Shown here: piece after piece, positions 1 to 11,137 of the stretch
Numbering within the stretch: position 1 is the stretch's first letter
Layout: each line of letters opens with the position of its first letter
From: Candidatus Poribacteria bacterium
Lineage (GTDB): Bacteria; Poribacteria; WGA-4E; WGA-3G
NCBI GenBank assembly: GCA_964291315.2
Contig: OZ219753.1
Coordinates: 448,001-512,000, forward strand
DNA length: 64,000 nt
Reading direction: 5' to 3'
Notes under the pieces: generated by a model
The model's database searches: none
Told to the model about the DNA's origin: nothing
The model's input: the letters and a program-made list of their open reading frames with translations, nothing else
Made by a program: the position numbers and the translations under genes

Positions 1-898
1 GTGGATGGCGATAATGCGCCGAAATCAGGAAGTGACGAATTACTTCGGTTGGGTAGTGATCCAGTGCATCTCGTAGCAGGATAAAGTTCTGCTCAGATTT
101 GCCCATACGTCTACCATCAATGTTTAAAAAAGCGATGTGTATCCAGTAACGGGCGAAGGGGCAGCCGGTCGCCATTTCGCTCTGAGCAATTTCGTTTTCA
201 TGGTGCGGGAATCGCAAATCTTCGCCGCCGGCATGAATATCCAAAGTTGTCCCAAGATGCTTCATCGCCATGGCTGAGCACTCTATGTGCCACCCAGGCC
301 TGCCTTTACCCCATGGGCTCTGCCATGCAGGTTCCCCAGGTTTGGCAGCCTTCCACATATCAAAATCGCGGGGGTCCTCTTTCCGTTTATCAATTTCGAC
401 CCGAGCACCGGCAAGCAGGTTTTCTGATTTCCGATGCGAAAGTTTTCCATACTCAGCGAAACGATTCACTCGATAATAGACACTTCCATCAATAACATAA
501 GCCGCCTCTTTTTCAAGCAGAGTCTGAATTAAATTTATCATGTCTGGAATGTGTTCAGTCGCTTTGGGATGAACATCCGCCGGATGAATACCTAGGCGCT
601 GTGAATCCTCAAAGAACGCTTCGCTATTTTGGTCGGCAAGTTCTTTTGCACTGATACCAAGTTCCGCTGCACGTTTGATAATTTTGTCATCAATATCTGT
701 CAAATTCTGAACCAGTTTAACGGTATATCCCTTATACACTAAATAGCGCCGAATAATATCTGTTACCAAAGCAGTGCGGGCATTGCCCATATGGATGTAA
801 TCGTAAACCGTGGGACCGCAACTGTAAAGCGATATTTGTTCAGGATTTAGAGGTACAAACTCTTCCAATTCCCGGCTCAGCGAGTTATAGATTTTCAT
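1..898 (-). CDS. cysS: Cysteine--tRNA ligase (5' part, runs off window start)
   Basis: Manual translation of the minus strand gives [16 protein letters not shown]...[17 protein letters not shown] (HIGH-like) and [12 protein letters not shown], [21 protein letters not shown]. Alternative start at 904. Follows ispF as in the conserved cluster. Confidence 0.93.
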   Translation of the reverse strand, partial: MKIYNSLSRELEEFVPLNPEQISLYSCGPTVYDYIHMGNARTALVTDIIRRYLVYKGYTVKLVQNLTDIDDKIIKRAAELGISAKELADQNSEAFFEDSQRLGIHPADVHPKATEHIPDMINLIQTLLEKEAAYVIDGSVYYRVNRFAEYGKLSHRKSENLLAGARVEIDKRKEDPRDFDMWKAAKPGEPAWQSPWGKGRPGWHIECSAMAMKHLGTTLDIHAGGEDLRFPHHENEIAQSEMATGCPFARYWIHIAFLNIDGRRMGKSEQNFILLRDALDHYPTEVIRHFLISAHYRHP

Positions 899-949
899 AC
901 CCATTCTTCGTAATTTCGACTCCTCTTGCCATCGCAAAAAAATAAATAT

Positions 950-1423
950 CTACAACTTGGAAAGACAAGCAATCGCCTGGGCGACAATCGCTTTGCCTTC
1001 ACCAACGATCCCCAATTCTTCCGTCGTCGTTGCCTTAACGTTCACCCGTGCGACAGCAATCTCAAGGGTTTCAGCAAGGCGCTCCCGTATATCTAGAATG
1101 TAAGGTGCCAATTTTGGGCGTTGCGCGATGACTGTGCTATCTATATTCTCGATGCGGTATCCATAGGATCTTACTTTTCCTACAATCTCACTGAGAAAAA
1201 TAAGGCTGTGCATGCCTTCATAACGAGCGTCCGTATCCGAGAAATGTGTGCCAATGTCACCGAGTGCGGCAGCTCCTAAAATCGCATCTATGATAGCGTG
1301 GGTTAGAACATCCGCATCTGAGTGTCCCAACAGACCTAAATGATATGAAATCTCAAGGCCACCCAAGATCAATTTTCGATTCAAGACCAGCTTATGAACA
1401 TCGTAACCGATACCTACTCGCAT
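950..1423 (-). CDS. ispF: 2-C-methyl-D-erythritol 2,4-cyclodiphosphate synthase
   Basis: MRVGIGYDVH, GHSDADVLTHA, GDIG, NVKATTTE motifs. Confidence 0.97.
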   Translation of the reverse strand: MRVGIGYDVHKLVLNRKLILGGLEISYHLGLLGHSDADVLTHAIIDAILGAAALGDIGTHFSDTDARYEGMHSLIFLSEIVGKVRSYGYRIENIDSTVIAQRPKLAPYILDIRERLAETLEIAVARVNVKATTTEELGIVGEGKAIVAQAIACLSKL

Positions 1424-1512
1424 ATACCTTATATAAATATCCCAACTAAGACATCTACCGTTTTGATTTACGGCTCTACGCGGTAAGAGGAACGCTTAAT
1501 ACTCAGCGACAA

Positions 1513-2214
1513 TTAACCAAATGCTTGATTTTCTAGAAGAACCTCCGCAACACGTAAATCTATTTGCGTGGTTATTTTTAAATTCTCATAACTACCGTGC
1601 ACTAACTTCACTGGGAAACCGAGTTGTTCAACGAGGGCAGCGTCATCGGTGGCAGTGAGTTGACTTTCTTGCGCTATTTGATGGGCTTCCAGTAACACGG
1701 ACTTGCGAAAGACTTGCGGCGTTTGCACCGCCCAGAGCTGCTCTCGCACGGGTGTTTCGAGAACAAAGGAATCCTTGTCTGCTACCTTGATTGTATCTTT
1801 CACAGGGATGGCTGCAACAGCGGCACCATATTCGTCTGCTGCCGTGAGGCAAGCCAAAATCATATCATTTGTTACAAACGGGCGGACTCCATCGTGGACA
1901 ATCACAAACTCAACATCTCCGGGGAGTGCAAGTATACCTTTCCATACTGACTCTTGACGTGTTGCTCCGCCTGCTATCAACGGGTGCACCTTCGTAAAGG
2001 CGAACGGATCCAACACCGTGGTATGACACTTTCTAAAGTCTGTTTCATCAACAATCACAAAAATCGCATCCACAGCACTATTTCGCTCAAATTGTTGAAT
2101 CGTATGTGCTAAAATTGGCTTTTCTGCCAACTTTAAGTATGGCTTTTTAACCGAAGGTGTCATTCGGTGGCCCTTACCAGCTGCGGGAATAAGGGTGCAA
2201 ACCTGGTTCTTCAT
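1513..2214 (-). CDS. ispD: 2-C-methyl-D-erythritol 4-phosphate cytidylyltransferase
   Basis: PAAGKGHRM, GGATRQESV, VHDGVRP, QTPQ, TDDA, NLKITT motifs. Start taken at MKNQ (2214); ORF track extends to 2229. Confidence 0.95.
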   Translation of the reverse strand: MKNQVCTLIPAAGKGHRMTPSVKKPYLKLAEKPILAHTIQQFERNSAVDAIFVIVDETDFRKCHTTVLDPFAFTKVHPLIAGGATRQESVWKGILALPGDVEFVIVHDGVRPFVTNDMILACLTAADEYGAAVAAIPVKDTIKVADKDSFVLETPVREQLWAVQTPQVFRKSVLLEAHQIAQESQLTATDDAALVEQLGFPVKLVHGSYENLKITTQIDLRVAEVLLENQAFG

Positions 2215-3205
2215 CAACGTCCATTTCATACTGTTTTATACGGGCAAAAATCATCTGCCCCGCGCTTGTTCGTAGTATCTGTGTGACCTCGACATTGAGC
2301 GTTTTACCGAGGCAGGATTTCCCGTTTTCAACAATTACCATAGTGCCATCATCAAGATAGCCCACGCCTTGATTTGGTTCCTTGCCCTCTTTAAGGAGAA
2401 AAACCTGAATCACCTCACCCGCAATAACTACCGGTCGGACGGCATTTGACAACTCATTAATGTTGAGAACCTTTACACTTTGTAATTCAGCGACTTTGTT
2501 CAGGTTTAAATCGTTAGTTATAATCGCCGCCCCTCGTTCTTGCGCAAGGTGGACTAGCTTAGCATCAACTTCCGCAAGATGCGGCACGTCTTCCTCTGTA
2601 ATTTCAACAATAGTTGCCGGATTGTTTTGAAGGGCACGGAGGATATCCAAACCGCGCCGCCCTTTATTTCTCCGTAACGAATCTTTTGAATCTGCAATAT
2701 GCTGCAGTTCGTTTAGAACAAATCTTGGAATAATCAGTGTTCCTTCAATGAATTTCGTTTGACAAATCTCAAGAATTCTACCATCAATAATAACACTTGT
2801 ATCCAAAATTTTGAAGTTATTTCCGGACTGAGGTACACTGGACTTACCCGCGCGGTAAACTCCTTTTGATTTCAATGACTCGGTTAAATTCATCGTTGTA
2901 GAAATATTGTGACCCATCATCATGCCGACATAACTGAGACTAAGAACAATCGCTATAGTTAAATTACGCGGCAGATCGGAAAAAAGATCTAAGACACCAA
3001 CCGAAATCAACAAACCGACAGACGCTCCTATTAGGCTTGCTACGATACTACGAGTGCCCGATTGGTGAAAACAAAGTTCCGCGATTACGAGGGAAAGCGC
3101 TACACCAAGCGCCGCGAGTGCCGCGGAATAATCGCTATTGTAAACAACGTAGCAAATCGTTGCACTAGCAAGTACAAAAGAGAGACGGACAGCCCAAATT
3201 TTCAT
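2174..3205 (-). CDS. PIN/TRAM domain membrane protein (YacL-like)
   Basis: N-terminal TM helices, KILDTSVIIDGRI PIN motif, GVGYLDDGTMVIVE TRAM domain; lies between radA and ispD. Confidence 0.92.
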   Translation of the reverse strand: MKIWAVRLSFVLASATICYVVYNSDYSAALAALGVALSLVIAELCFHQSGTRSIVASLIGASVGLLISVGVLDLFSDLPRNLTIAIVLSLSYVGMMMGHNISTTMNLTESLKSKGVYRAGKSSVPQSGNNFKILDTSVIIDGRILEICQTKFIEGTLIIPRFVLNELQHIADSKDSLRRNKGRRGLDILRALQNNPATIVEITEEDVPHLAEVDAKLVHLAQERGAAIITNDLNLNKVAELQSVKVLNINELSNAVRPVVIAGEVIQVFLLKEGKEPNQGVGYLDDGTMVIVENGKSCLGKTLNVEVTQILRTSAGQMIFARIKQYEMDVDEEPGLHPYSRSW

Positions 3206-3660
3206 TTTATGTGTTACGCGTGGTTTGATAAAAAAATAATCCGATCCTTACTTTGAGGGGACAAGACATTACTTTTCTATCTGATGGTCTTTATACTTAT
3301 GTTATCCTATAAATTCATCAGACAAAGGAAACATAAAGATATAACTACAGTCTACTCTAAAAGAACGTGCTTTGCAACTCAAAATGCTATGCGCACCCTT
3401 GTAGCAGGCGCGGGTCTGAAGCGGACAGTCACCTCCGGGACGCTTGCTGCTTAAGAACATTGCGCCACGAAAGCATTAGGAAAGCTCTCATGGCTTCACA
3501 GACATCTGATAACAGTGATTTGGGGGTCATAGGAGAAAACAGAACATAGAAACATTATGCAGATAGTATGAACGGCTTTCATTCCCCATGGTGTACTTCC
3601 TAACCGCACGGCATGTAAGCGAGCGAATTTAAACACCACACACGTTTAATTTTAATAATG

Positions 3661-5022
3661 TCAAAGCAAAGCGCTTAGGCTATCATATACATCTTTTACA
3701 CCGACCAGTTCAATATCGCCCTCAATTTCTAATCCTTTACGGTTGTATTCAGGGAAAATTGCCCGCCTGAAACCCAATTTTGCAGCCTCCCGAATCCGCC
3801 TCTCGACGTGCGTCACTGGTCTAATTTCGCCGCCCAGACCAACTTCGCCAATCATAACAGTTTGCCGATCTATAGGAATTTCCCGATAACTTGAAGCTAT
3901 CGCCATCAACACACCCAGATCAATACCGGGTTCAACAACACGTAACCCACCTGTGATGTTAACAAAAACATCCGCTCCGCCGACATCAATCCCTACTCGT
4001 TTGTTGAGCACTGCGATAAGCAGGGCGATGCGGTGTCTGTCCACGCCTGTCGCTGTGTTGCGCGGATTTCCATAATTAGTGGGCACGACAAGTGCTTGGA
4101 CCTCCATAAGTAAGGGGCGTGTCCCTTCTAAGCTCGAAACTACAATGGAGCCTGAAATTTCTTCGCCGCTGCTGCTTAAAAAGATCTCAGATGGATTCAT
4201 CACATCTACAAGTCCCCTATTTTGCATTTCAAAAATCCCGATTTCGTTCGTCGAACCAAATCTATTTTTAATCGCTCGTAGGACCCGATAAATATGATGT
4301 TGCTCGCCTTCAAAATAGAGGACAGTGTCGACCATGTGCTCCAAAATGCGGGGCCCGGCGAGCGTCCCATCTTTTGTGACATGACCCACGAGAAACACCG
4401 GAACGTTCCTATTCTTGGCGCAAATCAGGAGGCGACCCGCGCACTCCCGAATTTGCGGGACACTTCCAGGGGCAGATTGGATACTCGACAAATAGACCGC
4501 TTGGATGGAATCGACAACCACTGCCTTCGGCCGCAGCGCCTCGATATGTTTCTCAATCTGCTCCAAATTATTTTCACATAGGACGTAGAGCGTATCGGAA
4601 ACAACACCGAGCCGCGTTGCGCGAAGTTTTGTTTGGCTAACTGACTCCTCGCCGGAAACATAAAGGATATCGCCATAGCTCCGGCTCAGAGCATCACTCG
4701 CTTGGAGTAGTAAGGTAGACTTACCTATCCCCGGATCGCCACCGATAAGGACTACGGATCCGGGGACAATTCCACCGCCAAGCACTCTGTCAAATTCCAA
4801 CATTCCGGTTAGGTGGCGTTCTACATCGATCGCCGTAACCTCCGAGATAGGCTCGGGCTCACGAGAGATTTGACCAATCCCACGGTGTTTTAGTGCGGGT
4901 GTGAGTTCCTCTACCTCTTCGGCGAAACTTTGCCAACTTTGACATGTTGGGCATCGCCCGAGCGATTTTGGTGTAGTATATCCACATTCTTGACAGACAA
5001 ATCTACGCTTTTCTCGTGCCAT
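3661..5022 (-). CDS. radA: DNA repair protein RadA/Sms
   Basis: CQECG...CPTC zinc finger, GGDPGIGKSTLL Walker A, KNRFG motif, Lon-like C-terminus. Start taken at MAREKRR. Confidence 0.97.
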   Translation of the reverse strand: MAREKRRFVCQECGYTTPKSLGRCPTCQSWQSFAEEVEELTPALKHRGIGQISREPEPISEVTAIDVERHLTGMLEFDRVLGGGIVPGSVVLIGGDPGIGKSTLLLQASDALSRSYGDILYVSGEESVSQTKLRATRLGVVSDTLYVLCENNLEQIEKHIEALRPKAVVVDSIQAVYLSSIQSAPGSVPQIRECAGRLLICAKNRNVPVFLVGHVTKDGTLAGPRILEHMVDTVLYFEGEQHHIYRVLRAIKNRFGSTNEIGIFEMQNRGLVDVMNPSEIFLSSSGEEISGSIVVSSLEGTRPLLMEVQALVVPTNYGNPRNTATGVDRHRIALLIAVLNKRVGIDVGGADVFVNITGGLRVVEPGIDLGVLMAIASSYREIPIDRQTVMIGEVGLGGEIRPVTHVERRIREAAKLGFRRAIFPEYNRKGLEIEGDIELVGVKDVYDSLSALL

Positions 5023-5088
5023 CTCTAATATACCAATTCTATTGTCGTCCAGGTGATGCTCAGCCACTGAAGATTGTTGCTGTTAATA

Positions 5089-6660
5089 CTACCAACCGCT
5101 GGCAAAAAATCGGAAACCTGTCGTCCAGCGTCGTTCGCCTGTTTCGCCTACTAAGTTCTCTGCACCAACAAGAAACTCTCCATATCGAAAAAAACGCAAT
5201 CCCAATTCTGTATTCAATTCTGGTTGCCGCCCCGTTAAGCCCAGGCCTTCCACGCTAATACCTAAGCGTCTAGACAACAGCCATAAATCAATGCCTATGC
5301 CAACCTCGGAGTGCATGAAACCAGCGCGCGCCCGGAGAAAATTTGTTACATCGTACGCATATTGAAATTCAAACCGAATATTTTCGTTCCGAACACCTAC
5401 ACCGAACCTGTAGTGAGAATTCGAATCTGGAGATAGCAAAAACGCCAATTCATTATAAAGGCGCTCTTCAAGACTTAAATAGCGGAGTTCATAATCCCAG
5501 CCGATCTGTGGTAGCCCGAGACGTTTTAGCTGCTCCTCAGTCTGCTGCGAAAGCCTGGTCACAGTTGACATCGTCTCATCAACATGTTTCAAGGTACGTC
5601 GGGCATCTTCAAGCGGTTCTGGTGTGTTCAACAGCTGCGCAATTGTACCATCGCCGTCATTAATTGCCGCAAAGAGACGGTTGATATTTTCCTCTAATGT
5701 AGCAAACGACGCAGTTGCTGTCTGCAAATCCTTCAGAATCGGAGCGATACCGCTTTCACCCGTTTTGATAGCAGTCCTACTTTGTGAAACAAGCGCAGAA
5801 ACCTCAGAAGCTAAAACATTAAAATCGGTGCTAAAATCCTCCATCACCTGTCGAAATTGAGCAGTACTTGCCGTGACATCCGTCAAAATGGTATTCAGCT
5901 TTGGCGTATTATGATTAATAAGACCGAGAAGCTCGCGCGTAATATCACTCACTTGGCTACTTACCATGATGGAATCGCCCTCCAGCTGAGAGATAAGGTT
6001 ATTAAGCTTGATGAGTGTCTTTTGAAAACGTCTATCATTTTCGAGAGCGAGCTGCGTCAATGTTTTAACAGTCTCTCCAGAATCAGCGCTTAACTTTCCA
6101 ATGGTTTTTCCAGTCAATGCAACAACCTCACGAATCTCTTTGATAGCGAGTTGAATTGCCTCTTGGTTAGCTTGTAGAACTTCATTGGCAGCAGCGGTAA
6201 GTTCGATAGCTTGGCTCATACCGGTACTCGTCTGTTCAAGGAGTTCAAGCGCATTAACAGGATCTCTTCCAATGATAGGAAGGTTGGCCGGTTTTAGGAG
6301 CGGGTTTCCTACCGGGCCATTCTCAAGAGAAATATAAATTTCACCTACAAATCCGTTCATGGAAATGCTTGCCCCGCAGTCCTTGCGTAACCATTTAAAA
6401 GCATTCCTAACTTTTGCCTGAATCCGGACGTTGTCAGCCTCCGGCCGGAGCTCAATGTTCGTTACTTTACCTATCGAGACTCCGGATAGATAAACCCCTG
6501 CACCAACATAGAGCCCATTAACAGAACGAAATTGGAAAGTCAACTCATCACCAGCAGTCGCCCAAGGCCAATTCTCAGCGTTTGTGAGCAAAATTGTGAG
6601 GAATATAACTGCAATTAAAACCATCACACCCACTTTTACTGACGCTGTCCAGAAATTCAT
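5089..6660 (-). CDS. MCE/MlaD family protein with long coiled-coil
   Basis: N-terminal TM, GLYVGAGVYLSGVSIGKV MCE motif, helical stalk; cotranscribed with MlaF/MlaE-like genes. Confidence 0.85.
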   Translation of the reverse strand: MNFWTASVKVGVMVLIAVIFLTILLTNAENWPWATAGDELTFQFRSVNGLYVGAGVYLSGVSIGKVTNIELRPEADNVRIQAKVRNAFKWLRKDCGASISMNGFVGEIYISLENGPVGNPLLKPANLPIIGRDPVNALELLEQTSTGMSQAIELTAAANEVLQANQEAIQLAIKEIREVVALTGKTIGKLSADSGETVKTLTQLALENDRRFQKTLIKLNNLISQLEGDSIMVSSQVSDITRELLGLINHNTPKLNTILTDVTASTAQFRQVMEDFSTDFNVLASEVSALVSQSRTAIKTGESGIAPILKDLQTATASFATLEENINRLFAAINDGDGTIAQLLNTPEPLEDARRTLKHVDETMSTVTRLSQQTEEQLKRLGLPQIGWDYELRYLSLEERLYNELAFLLSPDSNSHYRFGVGVRNENIRFEFQYAYDVTNFLRARAGFMHSEVGIGIDLWLLSRRLGISVEGLGLTGRQPELNTELGLRFFRYGEFLVGAENLVGETGERRWTTGFRFFASGW

Positions 6661-6661
6661 G

Positions 6662-7441
6662 CTATCTCCCCAAATATCTTTTCAAAATCGGATTTTCCAT
6701 GTTGAGAATTTGGTCCGGTGCCCCAAATAAAATAAACTGCTGCAAAATAGGGTTATCGTTGTTGATGATCTCACTAGGACTGCCATAGGCAATCTGCCTG
6801 CCCTCATAAATCATGGCCATTCGGGTAGCAACACTGAAGGCGCTATGCATGTCATGGGTCACAACAACAGAAGTGACTTTTAACTTTTCGTGGAGATCCT
6901 TGATGAGTTGATTAATTTCCGTGCATGTAACAGGATCAAGCCCAGTGGTCGGTTCATCGTATAGAATAACTTCCGGATTGAACGCTAGTGCACGCGCAAG
7001 TCCCACCCGTTTTCGCATGCCACCGCTTAATTCAGCAGGCCGCAATTCTTGGACTCCTTCTAAATCAACCAGACTGAGCTTTTCATCAACTATCTCCCTT
7101 ATTTCCGGTTTGCTAAGTTTCTCGTGTTGATTGATCATGAAAGCGACATTCTCTGCAACAGTCATTGAATCAAACAAAGCAGCGGATTGGAAAAGCATCC
7201 CAATTTTTCGACGAATCAGATTCACCGCTTTGCGCCCAAGTCCCGAGATTTCTGTGCCATCAAACCAGACCTCCCCGGAATCCGCAGGCATCAGGCCTGT
7301 GATAATCTTGAGCAGTACACTTTTCCCAGACCCACTTCGGCCCATAACTACAACTGTTTCGCCCCGCGGAATCTCCAAGCTCAACCCATTTAACACGTTT
7401 TTACCACCAAAATTTTTAGTAACATTCCTAACTGAAATCAT
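6662..7441 (-). CDS. mlaF: ABC transporter ATP-binding protein, MlaF/Mkl family
   Basis: GRSGSGKS, LSGGMRKRVGLARA, YDEPTTGLDP, LFQSAALFDSM. Confidence 0.9.
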   Translation of the reverse strand: MISVRNVTKNFGGKNVLNGLSLEIPRGETVVVMGRSGSGKSVLLKIITGLMPADSGEVWFDGTEISGLGRKAVNLIRRKIGMLFQSAALFDSMTVAENVAFMINQHEKLSKPEIREIVDEKLSLVDLEGVQELRPAELSGGMRKRVGLARALAFNPEVILYDEPTTGLDPVTCTEINQLIKDLHEKLKVTSVVVTHDMHSAFSVATRMAMIYEGRQIAYGSPSEIINNDNPILQQFILFGAPDQILNMENPILKRYLGR

Positions 7442-7556
7442 AGGTCGAGTCCTACTTCACAACACAGAACGAACGTAGAGAGTTAATGCCAGCAGGTATC
7501 ACGTTCCTGCAGCGTTCACACATATTCGAGTAAACCCCGCTTTGAATCCACGCAAG

Positions 7557-8381
7557 TTATATCAAACCCACGATATTAAAAAGTACATGATTTAAAACAA
7601 AATCTAAAACAAGAATAGCTATAAGCGAAATAACCGCAGAACCGGTCGTAGCAATGCCAACACCTTCTGCTCCACCAGCTGAGGAGATACTAAAGCCCTT
7701 GTAACATCCGACTGCTGCAATTGCCATTCCGAAGGAAGTAGCCTTGATTAAACTAATAAGCACACTCCCCACAAATAAATTTCTTTGAACTTCCAAAAGG
7801 AAAAAGGCCCCGTTTACATCAAACAACGTTACAACAGCCGCAAAACCGCCTGCGATACCCGCAAACGTAGAAAAAATAGTAAGTGTTGGCAGCATGATAG
7901 AGCAAGCGAGAAAACGAGGCACAACCAAATATTTGACCGGATTCGTCCCCATTACCTCAAGCGCGTCTATTTGCTCTGTGACTTTCATCGTCGAAAGTTC
8001 AGCCGTAATCGAAGCACCAATCCGCCCAGCAAGCACAAAAGCCGTGATCATCGGACCTAGTTCCTTAACAACTGAAACACAAACAAATCTCGCCACTGAA
8101 CCTTCTACAGCATACTCTTTAAGTTGAATATAGCCTTGAATCCCTAAGACCATCCCCGTGAAAAAACCGGATACAATGACCACTGCTAAAGAGTTAAAAC
8201 CGATCAGCACTAACTGCTTAACCAACAAATCTACCTGAAAGGGGGGGCGAAAAATTTGGAAAAGTGTTTGAAAAAATAACGTAAAGGCCTGTCCAACCTC
8301 GGAAAGTATACCGTGAACCCGAAGTTTAATCGAGCGATAAAATCCCACAGAGGACTCCGATATAGTGAACTGCTGATCCAT
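7557..8381 (-). CDS. mlaE: ABC transporter permease, MlaE family
   Basis: KELGPMITAFVLAGRIGASITAELSTMKVTEQIDALEVMG signature. Confidence 0.92.
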   Translation of the reverse strand: MDQQFTISESSVGFYRSIKLRVHGILSEVGQAFTLFFQTLFQIFRPPFQVDLLVKQLVLIGFNSLAVVIVSGFFTGMVLGIQGYIQLKEYAVEGSVARFVCVSVVKELGPMITAFVLAGRIGASITAELSTMKVTEQIDALEVMGTNPVKYLVVPRFLACSIMLPTLTIFSTFAGIAGGFAAVVTLFDVNGAFFLLEVQRNLFVGSVLISLIKATSFGMAIAAVGCYKGFSISSAGGAEGVGIATTGSAVISLIAILVLDFVLNHVLFNIVGLI

Positions 8382-8387
8382 ATCTTT

Positions 8388-9719
8388 TTAACTCAGGTTT
8401 TCAAATCGCATCTGCTTTTTGGTAAAATACAGCATCACTGTTCCAGTTGGCCCGTTGCGCTGTTTCTTAATCAAGAGATGTGCTTCAACCCGATCCCCAG
8501 CCTCTTCATCCTCATAGTAATCTTCACGATATAAAAACGTAACAAGGTCGGCATCTTGTTCAATCGCCCCAGATTCTCTTAAGTCGGAAAGCTGCGGTTG
8601 CTTGTCAGGGCGGCGTTCTACTTCACGACTTAACTGGGAGCAGGCGATGATTGGAACGTCGAGCTCCCAAGCCATGACCTTCAAGGCACGCGATATCTCG
8701 GAAATCTCCTGTTCACGAACACTGTACCTACCAGTACCCCTAAGGAGCTGCAAGTAGTCAACGATAATAAGAGCAAGATCGTTGTACTCCCCTTTGAGGC
8801 GACGCCCCTCGGCACGCATACTTTGAACAGTGAGACCGCGGTTGTCATTAATAAGAATAGAGGCCTTGGCGAGTCTACCGGCTGCATCGGTCAGCGGTCT
8901 CCAATAGTCTTCACTAAAATTACCCGTTCGAAGCCGTCCAAAATCAATGCGCGATTCTGCAGATAGCATCCGCATCACAACGTCCTGAGCTGGCATTTCA
9001 AGGCTAAAGATAGCAACGGGACGTTCTTGGTCAAGCGCTATGTTCTGCGCCATATTTAGTACTAACGTCGTTTTCCCCATACTCGGACGTGCTGCAATGA
9101 TGATGAAGTTACCGGGCTGCAACCCCGATGTCATGTGGTCAAAATCCATAAAACCGGTCGGGACACCTAGAAATCGATCAGATTTCTGATAAAGTTTTTC
9201 TACAGCATCTATGCTGCTTGATATCAAGGACTGGATAGGATGAAACCCACGTTGTGTTTTGTCCTGCCCGATTTGAAAAATGGTTTCTTGTGCTTGATTC
9301 AGGATATCCGAAATATCGGCATTTTCATCTTGGGCGATGTCACGAATTCGCGCACCAGCTTGAATCAATTGGCGGCGGGTTGCCTTTTCATGAAGAATGT
9401 CGGCATAAAACTCCGTACTCTCTGTCTCCACAATAGGTGCTTGGAGCTCATAGAGATAGTCAGCGCCACCTGTCCGATTAATCTCATTTGTCCGCCTAAG
9501 TTCATCTGCAACGAGAAGCGGGTCGGCCTTGCTGACTCGTTCATACACAGAAAGAATTGCTTTGTAAATTAATTGATGGTCGACTGTGACGAATGCATCA
9601 GGGGTATGCCCGAGGAGAGCAATTACACGCGGGATAACCGACTTCTCAGTCATCAGCGCGCCGAGTACAGCCTGTTCAGCCTCCCTATCTGAAAGAGATT
9701 CAACCCCTGGTCCCTGCAT
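8388..9719 (-). CDS. dnaB: Replicative DNA helicase
   Basis: AEQAVLGAL, AARPSMGKT, IVDYLQL, SQLSR, DLRESGAIEQDAD, KQRNGPTG. Confidence 0.98.
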   Translation of the reverse strand: MQGPGVESLSDREAEQAVLGALMTEKSVIPRVIALLGHTPDAFVTVDHQLIYKAILSVYERVSKADPLLVADELRRTNEINRTGGADYLYELQAPIVETESTEFYADILHEKATRRQLIQAGARIRDIAQDENADISDILNQAQETIFQIGQDKTQRGFHPIQSLISSSIDAVEKLYQKSDRFLGVPTGFMDFDHMTSGLQPGNFIIIAARPSMGKTTLVLNMAQNIALDQERPVAIFSLEMPAQDVVMRMLSAESRIDFGRLRTGNFSEDYWRPLTDAAGRLAKASILINDNRGLTVQSMRAEGRRLKGEYNDLALIIVDYLQLLRGTGRYSVREQEISEISRALKVMAWELDVPIIACSQLSREVERRPDKQPQLSDLRESGAIEQDADLVTFLYREDYYEDEEAGDRVEAHLLIKKQRNGPTGTVMLYFTKKQMRFENLS

Positions 9720-9721
9720 TG

Positions 9722-10168
9722 CTATTCTTCACGTTCAACAACCACTCGGAGTTCAACATGAACATCAGGGTGTAATTTGATTGGTACCATAAAGACACCG
9801 AGCTCACGAATCGGTTCTGCCAATTCAAAAAAACGCCTCTCTAAATCAAACCCTATTGCTTGTAGTGCTTCCGAGATATCCATAGAGGTAACAGAACCGA
9901 AAAGCCGGTCATTTTCACCAGCGCGCCGACTCAGCGTGCATGTAACTCCAGCAATTTGCGCCGCAATTTCACGAGCCTGTTCCCTATTTTTCGATTCTTG
10001 ATGATCGATAACCCGCTTTTGGTGTTCAAAATGTCGACGGTTCCGATCCGTTGCATGTATTGCTAACTGCATGGGCAAAAGATAGTTACGAGCATAGCCG
10101 TCAGCAACATTTAAGATATCGCCTGGTACACCAAGCCCCTCAACTGTTTCCTTTAAAATCACTTCCAT
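9722..10168 (-). CDS. rplI: 50S ribosomal protein L9
   Basis: MEVIL...GYARNYLLP, LFGSVT. Confidence 0.97.
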   Translation of the reverse strand: MEVILKETVEGLGVPGDILNVADGYARNYLLPMQLAIHATDRNRRHFEHQKRVIDHQESKNREQAREIAAQIAGVTCTLSRRAGENDRLFGSVTSMDISEALQAIGFDLERRFFELAEPIRELGVFMVPIKLHPDVHVELRVVVEREE

Positions 10169-10227
10169 AGTTGAAATCCTACTTCATCTCATATAGAAAA
10201 CCCAGGCTAGATACCTGAAATCTACTT

Positions 10228-10428
10228 CTATTGTGTAAATGGGAGCAGCGCCATTATACGGGCCCGCTTCACCGCACGTGTCAACATCCGCTGTTGCTTC
10301 GCCGATAGTCCTGTGACTCGACGACTGACAATTTTTCCACGCTCGTTAATAAACTTTTGCAGCGTATCCACATCTTTGTAGTCAAAAGATGCTATTTTGT
10401 GAAACCGCTGCCTCCGACGGAATGCCAT
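10228..10428 (-). CDS. rpsR: 30S ribosomal protein S18
   Basis: [18 protein letters not shown]...RRVTG...[10 protein letters not shown]. Confidence 0.96.
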   Translation of the reverse strand: MAFRRRQRFHKIASFDYKDVDTLQKFINERGKIVSRRVTGLSAKQQRMLTRAVKRARIMALLPFTQ

Positions 10429-10575
10429 ATAATTCTATTCCTTTTCTTTTAAATTTGCGCGTCAATCACCTTGACGCGCTATTCGATCACACACCGTACT
10501 GTTAGGGCAAGAAAACAGAAAAGAGTTCGAAAAGAACCTCTTTATACAACGGCTCTCCGCAAACACTGTTTTCAC

Positions 10576-11049
10576 TTAAAACGGGATGTCGTCCTCTGTC
10601 CCGGAAGACGCTCCGCCTGCTTCCTGAGCAGGCGCTTCTGCGTAGGGTGCCGATTCTGCAGGGGCGGCCGTGGGTTGGGCATTGGAATAACCACCGCCCG
10701 TTTCGCCTTCATCGGAACGTCCACCAATAAATTGTATCCGGAAGGCGCGAACCGAGAGCCTGCTCCTTTTACTGCCATCCTCAGCTTCCCAAGAATCGAA
10801 CTTAAGTGCCCCCTCGACGAAGACAGGCCGGCCTTTGGTTAGATACTCGCTGGCGATCTCGGCTTGCCTGCCCCACGCTTCTACCTCCACAAAACAGGTG
10901 TTTTCTCTCTGCTCCCCTGTCTGTCGGTCAGTATATTTCTCATTCATAGCGAGTCCAAAATTTGTAACAGCAGTCCCGCTCGGAATATATTTCATTTCGG
11001 GGTCGCGGGTAAGATTACCCATCAGGATAACCCTGTTGTAGCTTGCCAT
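10576..11049 (-). CDS. ssb: Single-stranded DNA-binding protein
   Basis: NRVILMGNLTRDPE, acidic C-terminal DDIPF. Confidence 0.97.
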   Translation of the reverse strand: MASYNRVILMGNLTRDPEMKYIPSGTAVTNFGLAMNEKYTDRQTGEQRENTCFVEVEAWGRQAEIASEYLTKGRPVFVEGALKFDSWEAEDGSKRSRLSVRAFRIQFIGGRSDEGETGGGYSNAQPTAAPAESAPYAEAPAQEAGGASSGTEDDIPF

Positions 11050-11137
11050 GGTATTTCCTCTTTTTTAAACGTTGGTTTGGACGTTTTCGTATCATTCGCC
11101 TACCAAAACGCAGTTTTTTATTTTTATGATGCCCGAC

